Assembly (NCBI RefSeq): GCF_003044035.1
Contig: NZ_NVQC01000020.1
Location: 60,001 to 92,000, forward strand
Length of the DNA stretch: 32,000 nucleotides
DNA from: Candidatus Methylomirabilis limnetica
GTDB lineage: Bacteria > Methylomirabilota > Methylomirabilia > Methylomirabilales > Methylomirabilaceae
Reading direction: 5' to 3'
Below the pieces are notes generated by a model. The model saw nothing but the letters and a program-made list of their open reading frames with translations. It was not told where the DNA came from and ran no database searches. Both the position numbers and the translations under genes were made by a program. Below, one piece after another: positions 7,697 through 16,475 of this stretch (the first letter of the stretch is position 1; each line of letters opens with the position of its first letter).

Positions 7697-9253
7697 CTAG
7701 TACCCGAGCTGCTGCGCCGGAGGGAATCCACGGAAACCGTAGCAGCGAAAGATTGACCACGAGTCAAGGGCGTGCAACTGGCCGACCTTCGAGAGGTGAG
7801 CTGTCCGTTCTAGTTTCACCATGTCGAAGGAGCGGAGAACGGCATCTGGGGGGTCAGACCGATCCGTAACAAAGATGGCGTCCCAACCTCGAACTTCCTC
7901 GGTTCCTCCCCATACGTCAAACTGGTTCATTCGCCGCCCGAGTTGGATATTAAAGGTGGTCGGATGAGCCGGTACATAGAACATCGCCTCACTGGCAATC
8001 TGATACCGATCGCTGAAGACGAATGTCGATCTATTTCGACTCATCTCTTGATGGACGGTACTAACTTGTGTGCCGAGATCTGCCCATCCTCGGAGGCGCC
8101 GGGTCAGATCGAGCTTGTGAGGAAGCGGCAGACCGATCGAGGCAAGTGCGTGCGGAAAGTGACCAATGGCGCTGACGAGGAACCCGGTCAGTAAGGCGAC
8201 CGCGAAAAGGGCACGACTGCGCGTCCATCGCAAGGCAGAGTAACCTTGGATGGGTGCGCCTGATCGCCACTTAGCGGCAGCTATGGCCATAGCGATAAAG
8301 GCCGGCGCGGCCCAGTTCGCCTGTACCTTTGTCCACAGGCTGGTGATGACGCAAGCGAGCAGCAGGGGCACGGAGGCACAGAAGAGAAACAGCGAGGCGT
8401 CGTCACCGCGTCGGGTAAGTCCGGTCCTTCCAACCCCCCAGAGCCCGATCATGAGTACAACGAACAGTACGGGGGTCACCACACCTACCTGGGATGCCAC
8501 AAATTCCCCCAGACTCTTCAGCGGCAGAACCGTATCTTTTCCCCCCCCAAGCTGCTCCAGGAGGTGGCGAAACGAGACCAAGCCGTGCGTCGCATTCCAA
8601 TATATGACAGGGCTAAAGAGGAGGAGCCCCACCCCAAGAGCGAGGTAGGGACCTGATCGCCGCATCCAGAACCGATGGTCTCTGGACAATGCAAGATAGA
8701 GGAAAATCTGCGGCACCATGACTGCCATCGTATATTTACTGAGCAAACCAAGTCCGAGGCTGATTCCCGCGAGGAGCCACCAGCCGTTGCCGTTCGCCGT
8801 GAGAGCGCGGTGGATCAGCAGCAGCGTGAGAGACCAGAAGAATACCAGCGGCGCATCGATCGTCATCAGGATTGAGCCCGCCTCGTAAAGCGGTATGGCG
8901 GCAAGGAGCAGTACTGCTTCCAGACCGGCAATAGTGGAGCGGCAGAGCCGAACTGCCAATAGGAACGTGAGTAAGGCGGTTCCAGTTGAAAGTATGACTG
9001 CAGGGAGCCGGATAAAGAATTCGGTGTCGCCCCCTAACCGGGTGGATAGGGCGATGATGTAGGCCACCATCGGCCCCTTGCTATAGTAGCTCCAGTCCAG
9101 TCGCTTCGACCAGACCCAATAGTGCGCTTCGTCCGGCGCCAGATTGAAGTGGCCTGAGTTGATGAACCAGAGGTGAAAGGTGGTGACGAGGCCAAGGAAG
9201 AAGAGGAACAGCAGCGACGCCTGCCGGCCACTAGCCGGGTACGCCAAATTCAT
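7697..9253 (-). CDS. GT39/GT83-type membrane glycosyltransferase (ArnT/PMT-like)
   Basis: NLAPDEAHYWVWSKRLDWSYYSKGPMVAY is the ArnT/PMT-family loop-1 signature, and the protein has more than 10 TM segments. I start it at ATG 9253 (MNLAYPASG...). The ORF-track start at 9571 would overlap purE and adds an Arg/Trp-rich non-protein-like extension. Confidence 0.75.
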   Translation of the reverse strand: MNLAYPASGRQASLLFLFFLGLVTTFHLWFINSGHFNLAPDEAHYWVWSKRLDWSYYSKGPMVAYIIALSTRLGGDTEFFIRLPAVILSTGTALLTFLLAVRLCRSTIAGLEAVLLLAAIPLYEAGSILMTIDAPLVFFWSLTLLLIHRALTANGNGWWLLAGISLGLGLLSKYTMAVMVPQIFLYLALSRDHRFWMRRSGPYLALGVGLLLFSPVIYWNATHGLVSFRHLLEQLGGGKDTVLPLKSLGEFVASQVGVVTPVLFVVLMIGLWGVGRTGLTRRGDDASLFLFCASVPLLLACVITSLWTKVQANWAAPAFIAMAIAAAKWRSGAPIQGYSALRWTRSRALFAVALLTGFLVSAIGHFPHALASIGLPLPHKLDLTRRLRGWADLGTQVSTVHQEMSRNRSTFVFSDRYQIASEAMFYVPAHPTTFNIQLGRRMNQFDVWGGTEEVRGWDAIFVTDRSDPPDAVLRSFDMVKLERTAHLSKVGQLHALDSWSIFRCYGFRGFPPAQQLGY

Positions 9254-9293
9254 GAACGATTCCCTGGAGTAAGGGCTCTGTGGTAGGGGGAGT

Positions 9294-9800
9294 TCAGGAA
9301 CGGCGCTCTTGGAGCGTGCGATCTTTTTCCTCCACTTCAGAGGCCAGAGCCTCCTTAAATGATTGCAGCGTATGTTGGAGGGCCTCATCTGACAGCGCCA
9401 GAATTCGCGCGGCCAGGATGCCGGCGTTCCTTGCCCCTGCCTCGCCGATAGCCATGGTGGCAACCGGAATCCCCCCGGGCATCTGGACAATAGAGAGAAG
9501 CGCGTCCAGGCCCTTAAGCGAACTCGATGCCAGTGGAACCCCGATGACCGGGAGTATGGTCTGGCCTGCAATGACGCCCGCGAGGTGAGCCGCGGCGCCG
9601 GCGCCGGCGATGATCACCTTAATCCCTCGCGCCTCGGCTTGACGGATATAGCGAAGTGTAGCGTCAAGAGAACGATGGGCAGAGCTGATTTTGAGCTCGA
9701 ACGGGATCCCGAACCGCTCCAGCGCCTTGGCGGTGTGTTCCATGACTGCCAGATCGGAGTCGCTGCCCATGACGATCCCGACTACGGGCTGCGTTGCCAT
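9294..9800 (-). CDS. purE: N5-carboxyaminoimidazole ribonucleotide mutase
   Basis: [21 protein letters not shown] and [27 protein letters not shown] are present. ATG 9800 (MATQPVVG...) is preferred over the TTG at 9818. Confidence 0.9.
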   Translation of the reverse strand: MATQPVVGIVMGSDSDLAVMEHTAKALERFGIPFELKISSAHRSLDATLRYIRQAEARGIKVIIAGAGAAAHLAGVIAGQTILPVIGVPLASSSLKGLDALLSIVQMPGGIPVATMAIGEAGARNAGILAARILALSDEALQHTLQSFKEALASEVEEKDRTLQERRS

Positions 9801-9884
9801 ACTGTTATGAGTGGTCAACTGTCGCTCCTTCCACGTATTTTTCTTCCATCCCGACTACGGGCTGCGTTGCCATACCGCTATGAG
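9775..9884. repeat. 37-nt direct duplication of the purD-stop/purE-start junction, copies 73 bp apart
   Basis: 9775-9811 and 9848-9884 (atcccgactacgggctgcgttgccatac[t/c]g[t/c]tatgag) match at 35 of 37 positions. Confidence 0.9.
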
Positions 9885-11155
9885 GCCTTGGCGAGGGCGC
9901 GAACGCCGATGTCCGTCCGGTAGTGTGCGCCTTCCCAATGGATCTTTTTTACCGCTCTGTAGGTGGTGGCGATCGCCCCTTGAATGTCTTGACCGAGGCC
10001 GGTGACACCCAGGACCCGCCCCCCTCCGGTGAGGATCTGACCTTCCATGCAGCTTGTCCCGGCGTGGAAGATCATGACACCAGGCTCTGCTGCCGCTTCC
10101 TCAAGCCCGGCGATCAGAGCGCCCTGGTCGTACGGGCCGGGATAACCTCTTGAGGCCATGACTACGCAGACGCTCGCGTCCGGCATCCAGTCGATTGTCT
10201 GGTCCCGTAGTCGACCGTCTACGACTGCCTCTAGCAGCGGGACCAGGTCAGACTTCATTCGCAGGAGCAGCGGCTGCGTTTCGGGGTCGCCGAACCTGGC
10301 GTTGAACTCGAGCACCTTGATCTCGCCCGCCCTGATCATCAGGCCGGCATAGAGAACGCCTTTGTATGGTCGTCCTTCGGCCGCCATGCCTCTGATGGTC
10401 GGGATCATGATGCGCTCCATGATCTGCTGCTGGATCGGCTCGGTGATGGCCCGCGTTGGAGAGTAGGCGCCCATGCCGCCGGTATTGGGGCCCTGGTCGT
10501 CATTGAACACGCGTTTATGATCCTGGGATGATGCCAGCGGCAAGACGGCGTCTCCGTCAGTCAACGCATGGAAGGAGACCTCCTCTCCCTCCAGGTACTC
10601 CTCAATGAGGATCCGCTCGCCGGCGTCGCCGAAGAGACGATCTTCCATAATCTTCTTGACCGCATCCAGCGCCTCTGGCAAATCGAAACAGACGATGACT
10701 CCTTTTCCCGCCGCCAGGCCATCGGCCTTCACGACGAGGGGGACACCGATCTCCTGGATGTATCGCTTGGCCTCCTCTGCCCGGTCGAACGACTGGAAGA
10801 AGCCGGTGGGGATATGGTACTTCTTCATGAAGCTCTTGGCGAAGACCTTACTCCCCTCAATGAGGGCAGCATCCTTCCTGGGTCCGAAGATGCGGAGTCC
10901 GCGGCGCTCGAATTCATCTACGATCCCAAGCGTAAGCGGACCTTCTGGTCCCACGACGGTCAGGTCAATCCGTTTCTGTTCGGCGAAATCTGCCAGCAGG
11001 CGGAAGTCGGAGGCGCTGATCTCCACGCACTCGGCGATCTCACTTATCCCGGCGCTTCCTGGTGCGACCCAGACCTTCGCCACCTTCGGACTCTGAGCGA
11101 TCTTCCACGCGAGGGCGTGTTCTCTTCCGCCTGAACCGATTACGAGAACCTGCAT
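9878..11155 (-). CDS. purD: Phosphoribosylamine-glycine ligase
   Basis: MQVLVIGSGGREHALAWK, an ATP-grasp body, and a GGAGG Shine-Dalgarno before ATG 11155. The ORF-track start at 11212 adds 19 non-conserved residues. Confidence 0.9.
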   Translation of the reverse strand: MQVLVIGSGGREHALAWKIAQSPKVAKVWVAPGSAGISEIAECVEISASDFRLLADFAEQKRIDLTVVGPEGPLTLGIVDEFERRGLRIFGPRKDAALIEGSKVFAKSFMKKYHIPTGFFQSFDRAEEAKRYIQEIGVPLVVKADGLAAGKGVIVCFDLPEALDAVKKIMEDRLFGDAGERILIEEYLEGEEVSFHALTDGDAVLPLASSQDHKRVFNDDQGPNTGGMGAYSPTRAITEPIQQQIMERIMIPTIRGMAAEGRPYKGVLYAGLMIRAGEIKVLEFNARFGDPETQPLLLRMKSDLVPLLEAVVDGRLRDQTIDWMPDASVCVVMASRGYPGPYDQGALIAGLEEAAAEPGVMIFHAGTSCMEGQILTGGGRVLGVTGLGQDIQGAIATTYRAVKKIHWEGAHYRTDIGVRALAKAS

Positions 11156-11228
11156 GCACCCTCCAAGGGTATAGGGTCTAGGGTAGAGGCAAGGGCTTGG
11201 CTTTTCCCCCACACCCTATCCCCTGCGT

Positions 11229-12830
11229 TTAATGCCGGAAGTGTCGAATGCCGGTGAAGACCATCGCGATGTTGGCCGCATCCGCCGCTTGGATCACCTC
11301 GGCATCACGGATCGAGCCGCCTGGCTGGATGATCGCGGTTACCCCCGCCTCAGCCGCAGTATCAACCCCATCTCGAAACGGAAAGAACGCATCTGACGCC
11401 AGGACCGTTCCACGTGTGGGGGAGATGGCTTTCATCACCGCCAGTCGGCAGGCATCGACCCGGCTCATCTGTCCGGCGCCTATCCCTACCGTGGCACAGT
11501 CGTTTGTCATGACGATCGCGTTTGACTTTACGTGTTTCGCCACCCTCCAGGCAAACCGAAGCGCTCGCATTTCGGCATCAGTAGGCTCGCGGCGGGTCAT
11601 CACACGGAGGGTGTTGGGGTTCAGATCGACCTGGTCCCGTTCCTGTACCAACATCCCGCCAACGATCGGCCGCAGCTCTCGGGCCGCTCGATCAGGGGGT
11701 ATCGTTCCTGGCCAAGGCTCGATCAGTAAGAGCCGAAGGGCCTTCTTCTCTTTAAGGATGGCGAGCGCCGCCTCATGGTATCCCGGCGCAACAATCGCCT
11801 CCACAAAGGTGGCAGCGATCTCGCGCGCGGTCTCGGCATCCACCTGGCGGTTAAGCCCAAGAACCCCGCCGTAGGCCGAGATCGGATCTGCGGACAGGGC
11901 ACGCTGATACGCCTCACTCAGCCTGGAACCGATACCGACGCCACAGGGATTTGTATGTTTCACGACGACAACGGCAGGTTCATCGAATTCTTTAGACAAG
12001 GCAAAGGCTGCGTCAAGGTCCAGGAGGTTGTTGAACGAGAGTTCCTTCCCCTGAAGCTGCTGTGCCCCCGCCACAGAAGGTTCACTTGCGAGTGCGTCGC
12101 AATACAGGGCAGCCTGCTGGTGCGGGTTTTCGCCGTAACGGAGTTGCTTCACCTTGACCAGGCGAAGATCGAGGAGATTGGGGAGCACAGGTTCATCTGC
12201 CTCACCGCATTGCCGCTCCAGATACGCGGCAATCAGCGCGTCATAACGAGCGACGTGCGCGAAGGCCTTTGTCGCTAAATGCAGCCGACAGGCCCGCGAT
12301 AGGCAGCCCTGCGCTTGCTGCAGTTCTGTGCTAACCGTAGTGTAATCGGCCGGATCAACGACGATCGCAACGTCCTCGAAATTCTTTGCAGCAGCCCGGA
12401 TGAGGCTTGGTCCGCCGATATCGATCTGCTCGATGGCCTCCTCCAGCGTAACGCCGCTCTTGGAGACAGTGGCCTCGAAGGGGTACAGGTTGATGACTAC
12501 GAGGTCGATGGGGAGGAGACCGAGCTCGCGCAGTTGCCGCTGGTGCTCGGGGTCGTCTCGCTTCGCCAGGATACCGGCATGAATCCTCGGGTGGAGCGTT
12601 TTGACTCGCCCGTCCAGCATTTCAGGGAAGCCTGTGATGTCGGCCACATCGACCACCGGAATGTTGGCTTCCCGCAGGGCGCGAGCCGTTCCGCCGGTAG
12701 AGATGATCTCGATGGACAGACTCTGTAGAGCCGACGCCAGTTCAATCAGCCCAGCCTTATCGGATACACTGATCAGGGCCCGTCGAACGTGTACCGATCC
12801 CTTTTCGCTCGCAAGCCCGGTTGACATCAT
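11229..12830 (-). CDS. purH: Bifunctional IMP cyclohydrolase / AICAR formyltransferase
   Basis: ALISVSDKAGL, STGGTA and DGRVKTLHPRIHAGILA are present. ATG 12830 overlaps the purN TGA by 1 nt (TGATG). Confidence 0.9.
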   Translation of the reverse strand: MMSTGLASEKGSVHVRRALISVSDKAGLIELASALQSLSIEIISTGGTARALREANIPVVDVADITGFPEMLDGRVKTLHPRIHAGILAKRDDPEHQRQLRELGLLPIDLVVINLYPFEATVSKSGVTLEEAIEQIDIGGPSLIRAAAKNFEDVAIVVDPADYTTVSTELQQAQGCLSRACRLHLATKAFAHVARYDALIAAYLERQCGEADEPVLPNLLDLRLVKVKQLRYGENPHQQAALYCDALASEPSVAGAQQLQGKELSFNNLLDLDAAFALSKEFDEPAVVVVKHTNPCGVGIGSRLSEAYQRALSADPISAYGGVLGLNRQVDAETAREIAATFVEAIVAPGYHEAALAILKEKKALRLLLIEPWPGTIPPDRAARELRPIVGGMLVQERDQVDLNPNTLRVMTRREPTDAEMRALRFAWRVAKHVKSNAIVMTNDCATVGIGAGQMSRVDACRLAVMKAISPTRGTVLASDAFFPFRDGVDTAAEAGVTAIIQPGGSIRDAEVIQAADAANIAMVFTGIRHFRH

Positions 12831-13495
12831 CACGGGTTCATCGCTCCCCATGCCCGCTTGTCGTGCGCCTGAGAGGTCTTGGTCCCATGACAGAGCACCC
12901 GACGACCTCTAATCTCCAACCGCCCTTCGGCGAAGAGTTGGATCGCTTGCGGATAGATCTGGTGTTCATGCGCGAGGATCCGGGCCGAGAGGGCCTCTTC
13001 GGTGTCATCGTCCAGCACATGGACGACGGCCTGAATGATGATGGGACCGGTATCGACCCCCTCATCCACGAAGTGGACGGTGCATCCGGAGACCTTCGCG
13101 CCACACCGAAGCGCCTGGCGCTGGGCGTGCAGCCCAGGGAAGGCAGGGAGAAGCGCAGGATGAATATTCATGATCCTGTTCCGATACTCCCGGATGAAAT
13201 GAGGGCTCAGCAGGCGCATGAATCCGGCTAGACAAACCAGCTCCACCTCGTGCCTACGCAGCAGGTCGATCGCCGCCGCATCGAACTCTTCACTCGTGCG
13301 GTGCAGAGATGGGTCGAGGAAGACGGCTTCGATTCCATGTTGGCGACCTCGTTCGAGGGCGTAGGCCTCTGCCACGTCGCTGATGACAAGGGCGATAACC
13401 GCATCGACCTGACCGCCCTCACAGGCATCGATGATCGCTTGTAGGTTACTGCCTCGACCGGATGCCAGTACGCCAAGTCTGAGCCGTCCCTGCAT
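12830..13495 (-). CDS. purN: Phosphoribosylglycinamide formyltransferase
   Basis: LGVLASGRGSNLQAI, NIHPALLPAFPG and VHFVDEGVDTGPII are present. ATG 13495 has an upstream GAGAGGG. The start could also be at 13513. Confidence 0.85.
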   Translation of the reverse strand: MQGRLRLGVLASGRGSNLQAIIDACEGGQVDAVIALVISDVAEAYALERGRQHGIEAVFLDPSLHRTSEEFDAAAIDLLRRHEVELVCLAGFMRLLSPHFIREYRNRIMNIHPALLPAFPGLHAQRQALRCGAKVSGCTVHFVDEGVDTGPIIIQAVVHVLDDDTEEALSARILAHEHQIYPQAIQLFAEGRLEIRGRRVLCHGTKTSQAHDKRAWGAMNP

Positions 13496-13733
13496 GCCCT
13501 CTCGACCCCTCATTCACCCAGCATTCTTCCCGCATATCCTGCCCTGCTGCGTCAGGACTCCGGTTGTCGGTGTGCGTGACTCAGCTTTCACGGGGCAGTG
13601 CTATCTTGGAAGGGTGCATTCGCGGGCTCTGCACACGTTACGAAGGCACGTCATGGCAACGCCAGACCTACCGACACATAGAGCTCGACAAACCGAAGTG
13701 AGGGTAGCAGAGGGAGAATAATTGGGCAAGAGA

Positions 13734-13763
13734 ATTATAGCGACGTAAGGCGACGAATCACAA
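13734..13763 (-). promoter_or_regulatory. Candidate sigma70 promoter for the pur operon
   Basis: On the minus strand: TTGTGA (13763-13758), 18-nt spacer, TATAAT (13739-13734). This implies a leader of roughly 230 nt before purN. Confidence 0.4.
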
Positions 13764-13813
13764 GTGAGTGGCTGTCTAATTATCCTGTCTAAATCCGATG
13801 TTACAAAAAATTC

Positions 13814-13842
13814 TTGACATGATTCTTCGCTGAAGCTATAAC
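13814..13842 (+). promoter_or_regulatory. Candidate sigma70 promoter for the Rrf2-cysK operon
   Basis: TTGACA (13814-13819), 17-nt spacer, TATAAC (13837-13842), within an AT-rich divergent intergenic region. Confidence 0.5.
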
Positions 13843-13862
13843 TATCAAGTAACTCAATCGAC

Positions 13863-13882
13863 TTACTAGGTATTTACTAGGT
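13863..13882 (+). promoter_or_regulatory. Direct repeat TTACTAGGT x2 (11-nt phase) between promoter and start codon; possible Rrf2 operator
   Basis: ttactaggt occurs at 13863-13871 and 13874-13882. The second copy overlaps the AGGTGA ribosome-binding site of the Rrf2 gene. Confidence 0.3.
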
Positions 13883-13890
13883 GATTAGAA

Positions 13891-14340
13891 ATGAAGGTGT
13901 CCGCGAAGGGCGACTACGCTACACGAGCCATGCAAGATCTGGCTCTCCATTATGAGAAAGGGCCGATTCAGATAGAGGATATCGCCCGACGACAACACCT
14001 GCCGGCCCGTTACCTGGAACAGATCCTGTTAAGCCTCAAGCGAGCCGGCTTTCTCGAAAGCAAGCGGGGAGTCAGCGGGGGCTACTACCTGGCAAAGCAC
14101 CCCAGAGAGATTACGGTCGGAGCCATCATCAGGACCATGGAGGGCCCGATCATCCCTATCTTCTGTGTTGGGAGTGGGCCGCGAGAGATCTGCATTGAGG
14201 AGCCTCGCTGCGGCCTCCGGGATCTCTGGGCTGACGTGCGCGATGCCGTGGTGAAGATTGTGGACCACACCACGCTTGAAGACCTCAGCCGACAGATCCG
14301 TACGAGACAGGAGCGAGAGGGAGTAAGCTACCAGATCTAA
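13891..14340 (+). CDS. Rrf2-family transcriptional regulator (IscR/CymR-like) with three Cys in the cluster-ligand region
   Basis: The N-terminal wHTH MKVSAKGDYATRAMQDLA...IARRQHLPARYLEQILLSLKRAGFLESKRGVSGGYYLAK is classic Rrf2. It also has C-x9-C-x5-C (FCVGSGPREICIEEPRC). Confidence 0.85.
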   Translation: MKVSAKGDYATRAMQDLALHYEKGPIQIEDIARRQHLPARYLEQILLSLKRAGFLESKRGVSGGYYLAKHPREITVGAIIRTMEGPIIPIFCVGSGPREICIEEPRCGLRDLWADVRDAVVKIVDHTTLEDLSRQIRTRQEREGVSYQI

Positions 14341-14373
14341 CCCGTCTGGGCTGCCTGGAGGTTGAATAAGTAG

Positions 14374-15288
14374 ATGCCACGGTTGGCTCGAAATGTCCTG
14401 GAGTTGATAGGCGACACCCCGCTGGTCCAGTTACAGCGAATACCGCGCCCTGGATCGGCCCGAATTCTTGGAAAGCTGGAGTCGCTCAATCCGGGCGGAA
14501 GCGTGAAGGACCGAATCGCCTTGGCCATGATCGAGGCGGCCGAGCGGAGCGGGAGGCTGAAGCCGGGTGACACGATTGTCGAGCCGACCTCCGGCAATAC
14601 CGGGATCGGACTTGCGATGGTGGCGGCGGTCAAGGGGTACCGCCTGATCCTGACGATGCCGGAGGATATGAGTACGGAGCGGCGGAGGTTAGTCGGTCGG
14701 TACGGGGCCGAGGTGATACTCACCCCTGCCATCGAGGGAATGAGCGGCGCAGTCTATGCGGCAGAAACTCTCGTGGCGCAAAATCCTGGTTACTTCATGC
14801 CGCAACAGTTTGTGAATCCGGCCAACCCGGAGGCTCACCGCCTTACCACCGCGCAAGAAATTCTCAAGGCAACGGACGGGCAAATTGACGCTTTCGTGGC
14901 AGGCGTCGGGACTGGCGGGACGATTACCGGGGTGGGTGAGGTGCTGAAAAGGGAAGTCCCTGGCGTTCAGGTGGTCGCGGTGGAACCGGCCAGATCCCCC
15001 GTGTTACAGGGAGGCAGGGCTAGGCCGCATGGCATCCAGGGAATTGGCGCGAGCTTTGTCCCCGGCGTGCTGAACATGGAGGTAATTGATGAGATTATCG
15101 CCGTTGAGGACGAGGATGCCTATCGAATGGCCTCTCGCCTGGCCAGAGAGGAAGGCCTCCTGGTAGGGATCTCGGCCGGGGCCAATGTCTTTGCATCGAT
15201 AGTGGTCGCCGAACGGCTGCAAGCTGGGAAGGTTGTGGTGACGATCCTACCCGACACAGGAGAGCGGTACCTGTCGGTCTCATTCTGA
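14374..15288 (+). CDS. cysK: Cysteine synthase A (O-acetylserine sulfhydrylase), PLP-dependent
   Basis: [22 protein letters not shown] (PLP Lys), [12 protein letters not shown] and [10 protein letters not shown] are present. Confidence 0.85.
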   Translation: MPRLARNVLELIGDTPLVQLQRIPRPGSARILGKLESLNPGGSVKDRIALAMIEAAERSGRLKPGDTIVEPTSGNTGIGLAMVAAVKGYRLILTMPEDMSTERRRLVGRYGAEVILTPAIEGMSGAVYAAETLVAQNPGYFMPQQFVNPANPEAHRLTTAQEILKATDGQIDAFVAGVGTGGTITGVGEVLKREVPGVQVVAVEPARSPVLQGGRARPHGIQGIGASFVPGVLNMEVIDEIIAVEDEDAYRMASRLAREEGLLVGISAGANVFASIVVAERLQAGKVVVTILPDTGERYLSVSF

Positions 15289-15307
15289 TCAATAAGGGAG
15301 CGAACGC

Positions 15308-16456
15308 ATGGATGGCTATCGTGGTGAGAATACCTCTCAGGGGATGACATCACCGGAAGGTGACCGTAGTGTGGCGATCCGTGTCTGCATCCCGACCCCG
15401 TATCGAAGACTGACGCAGAATCAGCCCGTCGTCGAGGGGCATGGGGACAATCTGGTAGAGCTTCTAGAGGATCTGGAGAGGCGTTTTCCAGGTATTCGCG
15501 AACATGTCTTCGATGGAGTTGGAGAGGTCCACCGTCATGTCAATGTCTATGTCAATAACGTGGCTGTGGAGGAGCTTGGAGGGAGGCGGACCGCGCTTAA
15601 GAACGGGGACGAGGTGATCTTGATCCCGGCTATGGCTGGGGGGAGCGCTCCGTTCAGTGAAGAGCAGATTCGTCGCTACAGTCGCCACATCATCCTCCCT
15701 GAGGTAGGCGGTAAAGGGCAGCGCAAGCTTCTGAACAGCTCGGCCCTGCTCGTCGGGGCGGGTGGTCTGGGTTCCCCTGCGGCTCTCTACCTGGCCGCTG
15801 CCGGCGTCGGTCGCCTCGGCATCATCGACGCCGACATTGTGGACCTGAGTAACCTGCAACGCCAGATCCTCCACCACGTGGATGATGTGGGACGACCAAA
15901 GGTTGTCTCTGCGGTCGAGTCGATTGCTCAGATCAATCCGGACGTAAAGGTAGAGCCGTTTCAAACGATCATCTCCTCGGCGAACGCGAAAGAGGTCATC
16001 AGTCAGTATGACCTGGTGGTGAATGGTTGCGACAATTTTCCGACCCGATACCTGGTCAACGACGCCTGTGTACTGCTGAAGAAACCACTCGTAGATGGGA
16101 GTATCTTCAAGTTCGAAGGCCAGGTGACGGTCTTCGCTCCAGGGCAGGGCTGCTATCGCTGTCTCTACCCTGCACCGCCGCCACCAGGGCTGGTCCCAAG
16201 TTGCCAGGAGGCCGGCGTACTGGGTGTACTCTGCGGTATTATTGGGAGTCTCCAGGCGATCGAGGCGATTAAGTTGCTGATCGGGATCGGCGATTCTCTG
16301 GCCGGGAGGCTTCTTTTCTTCGATTCGCTGGGGATGGAGTTTCGGCAGGTCAAGGTGCGACGCGATCTGAACTGTCCGGTCTGTGGTGATCATCCCACCA
16401 TTACCGATCTGATCGATTACTACGAGTTTTGTGGAGTTCCCGGCGGTGGTCACTGA
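15308..16456 (+). CDS. Fusion of a MoaD/ThiS-like ubiquitin-fold sulfur carrier (ending AMAGG) to a MoeB/ThiF-type E1 adenylyltransferase
   Basis: The N-terminal ~90 aa (IRVCIPTPYRRLT...VYVNN...NGDEVILIPAMAGG) is a clear paralog of the free-standing carrier at 28533..28811. Four residues later the E1 begins: EEQIRRYSRHIILPEVGGKGQRKL, VGAGGLGSPAALYLAAAGVG, DxVDLSNLQRQ, with Zn CxxC pairs GCYRC and NCPVC. There is no C-terminal rhodanese domain. Alternative starts are ATG 15344 and GTG 15371 (MAIRVCIPTP, preceded by GGAAGGTGA). Confidence 0.8.
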   Translation: MDGYRGENTSQGMTSPEGDRSVAIRVCIPTPYRRLTQNQPVVEGHGDNLVELLEDLERRFPGIREHVFDGVGEVHRHVNVYVNNVAVEELGGRRTALKNGDEVILIPAMAGGSAPFSEEQIRRYSRHIILPEVGGKGQRKLLNSSALLVGAGGLGSPAALYLAAAGVGRLGIIDADIVDLSNLQRQILHHVDDVGRPKVVSAVESIAQINPDVKVEPFQTIISSANAKEVISQYDLVVNGCDNFPTRYLVNDACVLLKKPLVDGSIFKFEGQVTVFAPGQGCYRCLYPAPPPPGLVPSCQEAGVLGVLCGIIGSLQAIEAIKLLIGIGDSLAGRLLFFDSLGMEFRQVKVRRDLNCPVCGDHPTITDLIDYYEFCGVPGGGH

Positions 16457-16475
16457 GACCGCGAACGGCGCAGCC

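Noticed and set aside
9254-9571. N-terminal 106-aa extension of the GT39 ORF (ORF-track start 9571)
   Set aside because: It overlaps purE on the same strand in another frame and is Arg/Trp-rich. The membrane protein begins convincingly at ATG 9253.
13431-13721. 96-aa plus-strand ORF in the purN / Rrf2 intergenic region
   Set aside because: It overlaps the purN 5' end, has no ribosome-binding site and is Arg/Pro/His-rich. It is probably non-coding leader DNA of the minus-strand pur operon.
13496-13730. ZTP (pfl) or purine riboswitch in the purN leader
   Set aside because: The conserved ZTP 3' element (CCGCCUGGGC) and the purine-riboswitch loop signatures are absent. A covariance-model scan is needed before any claim.
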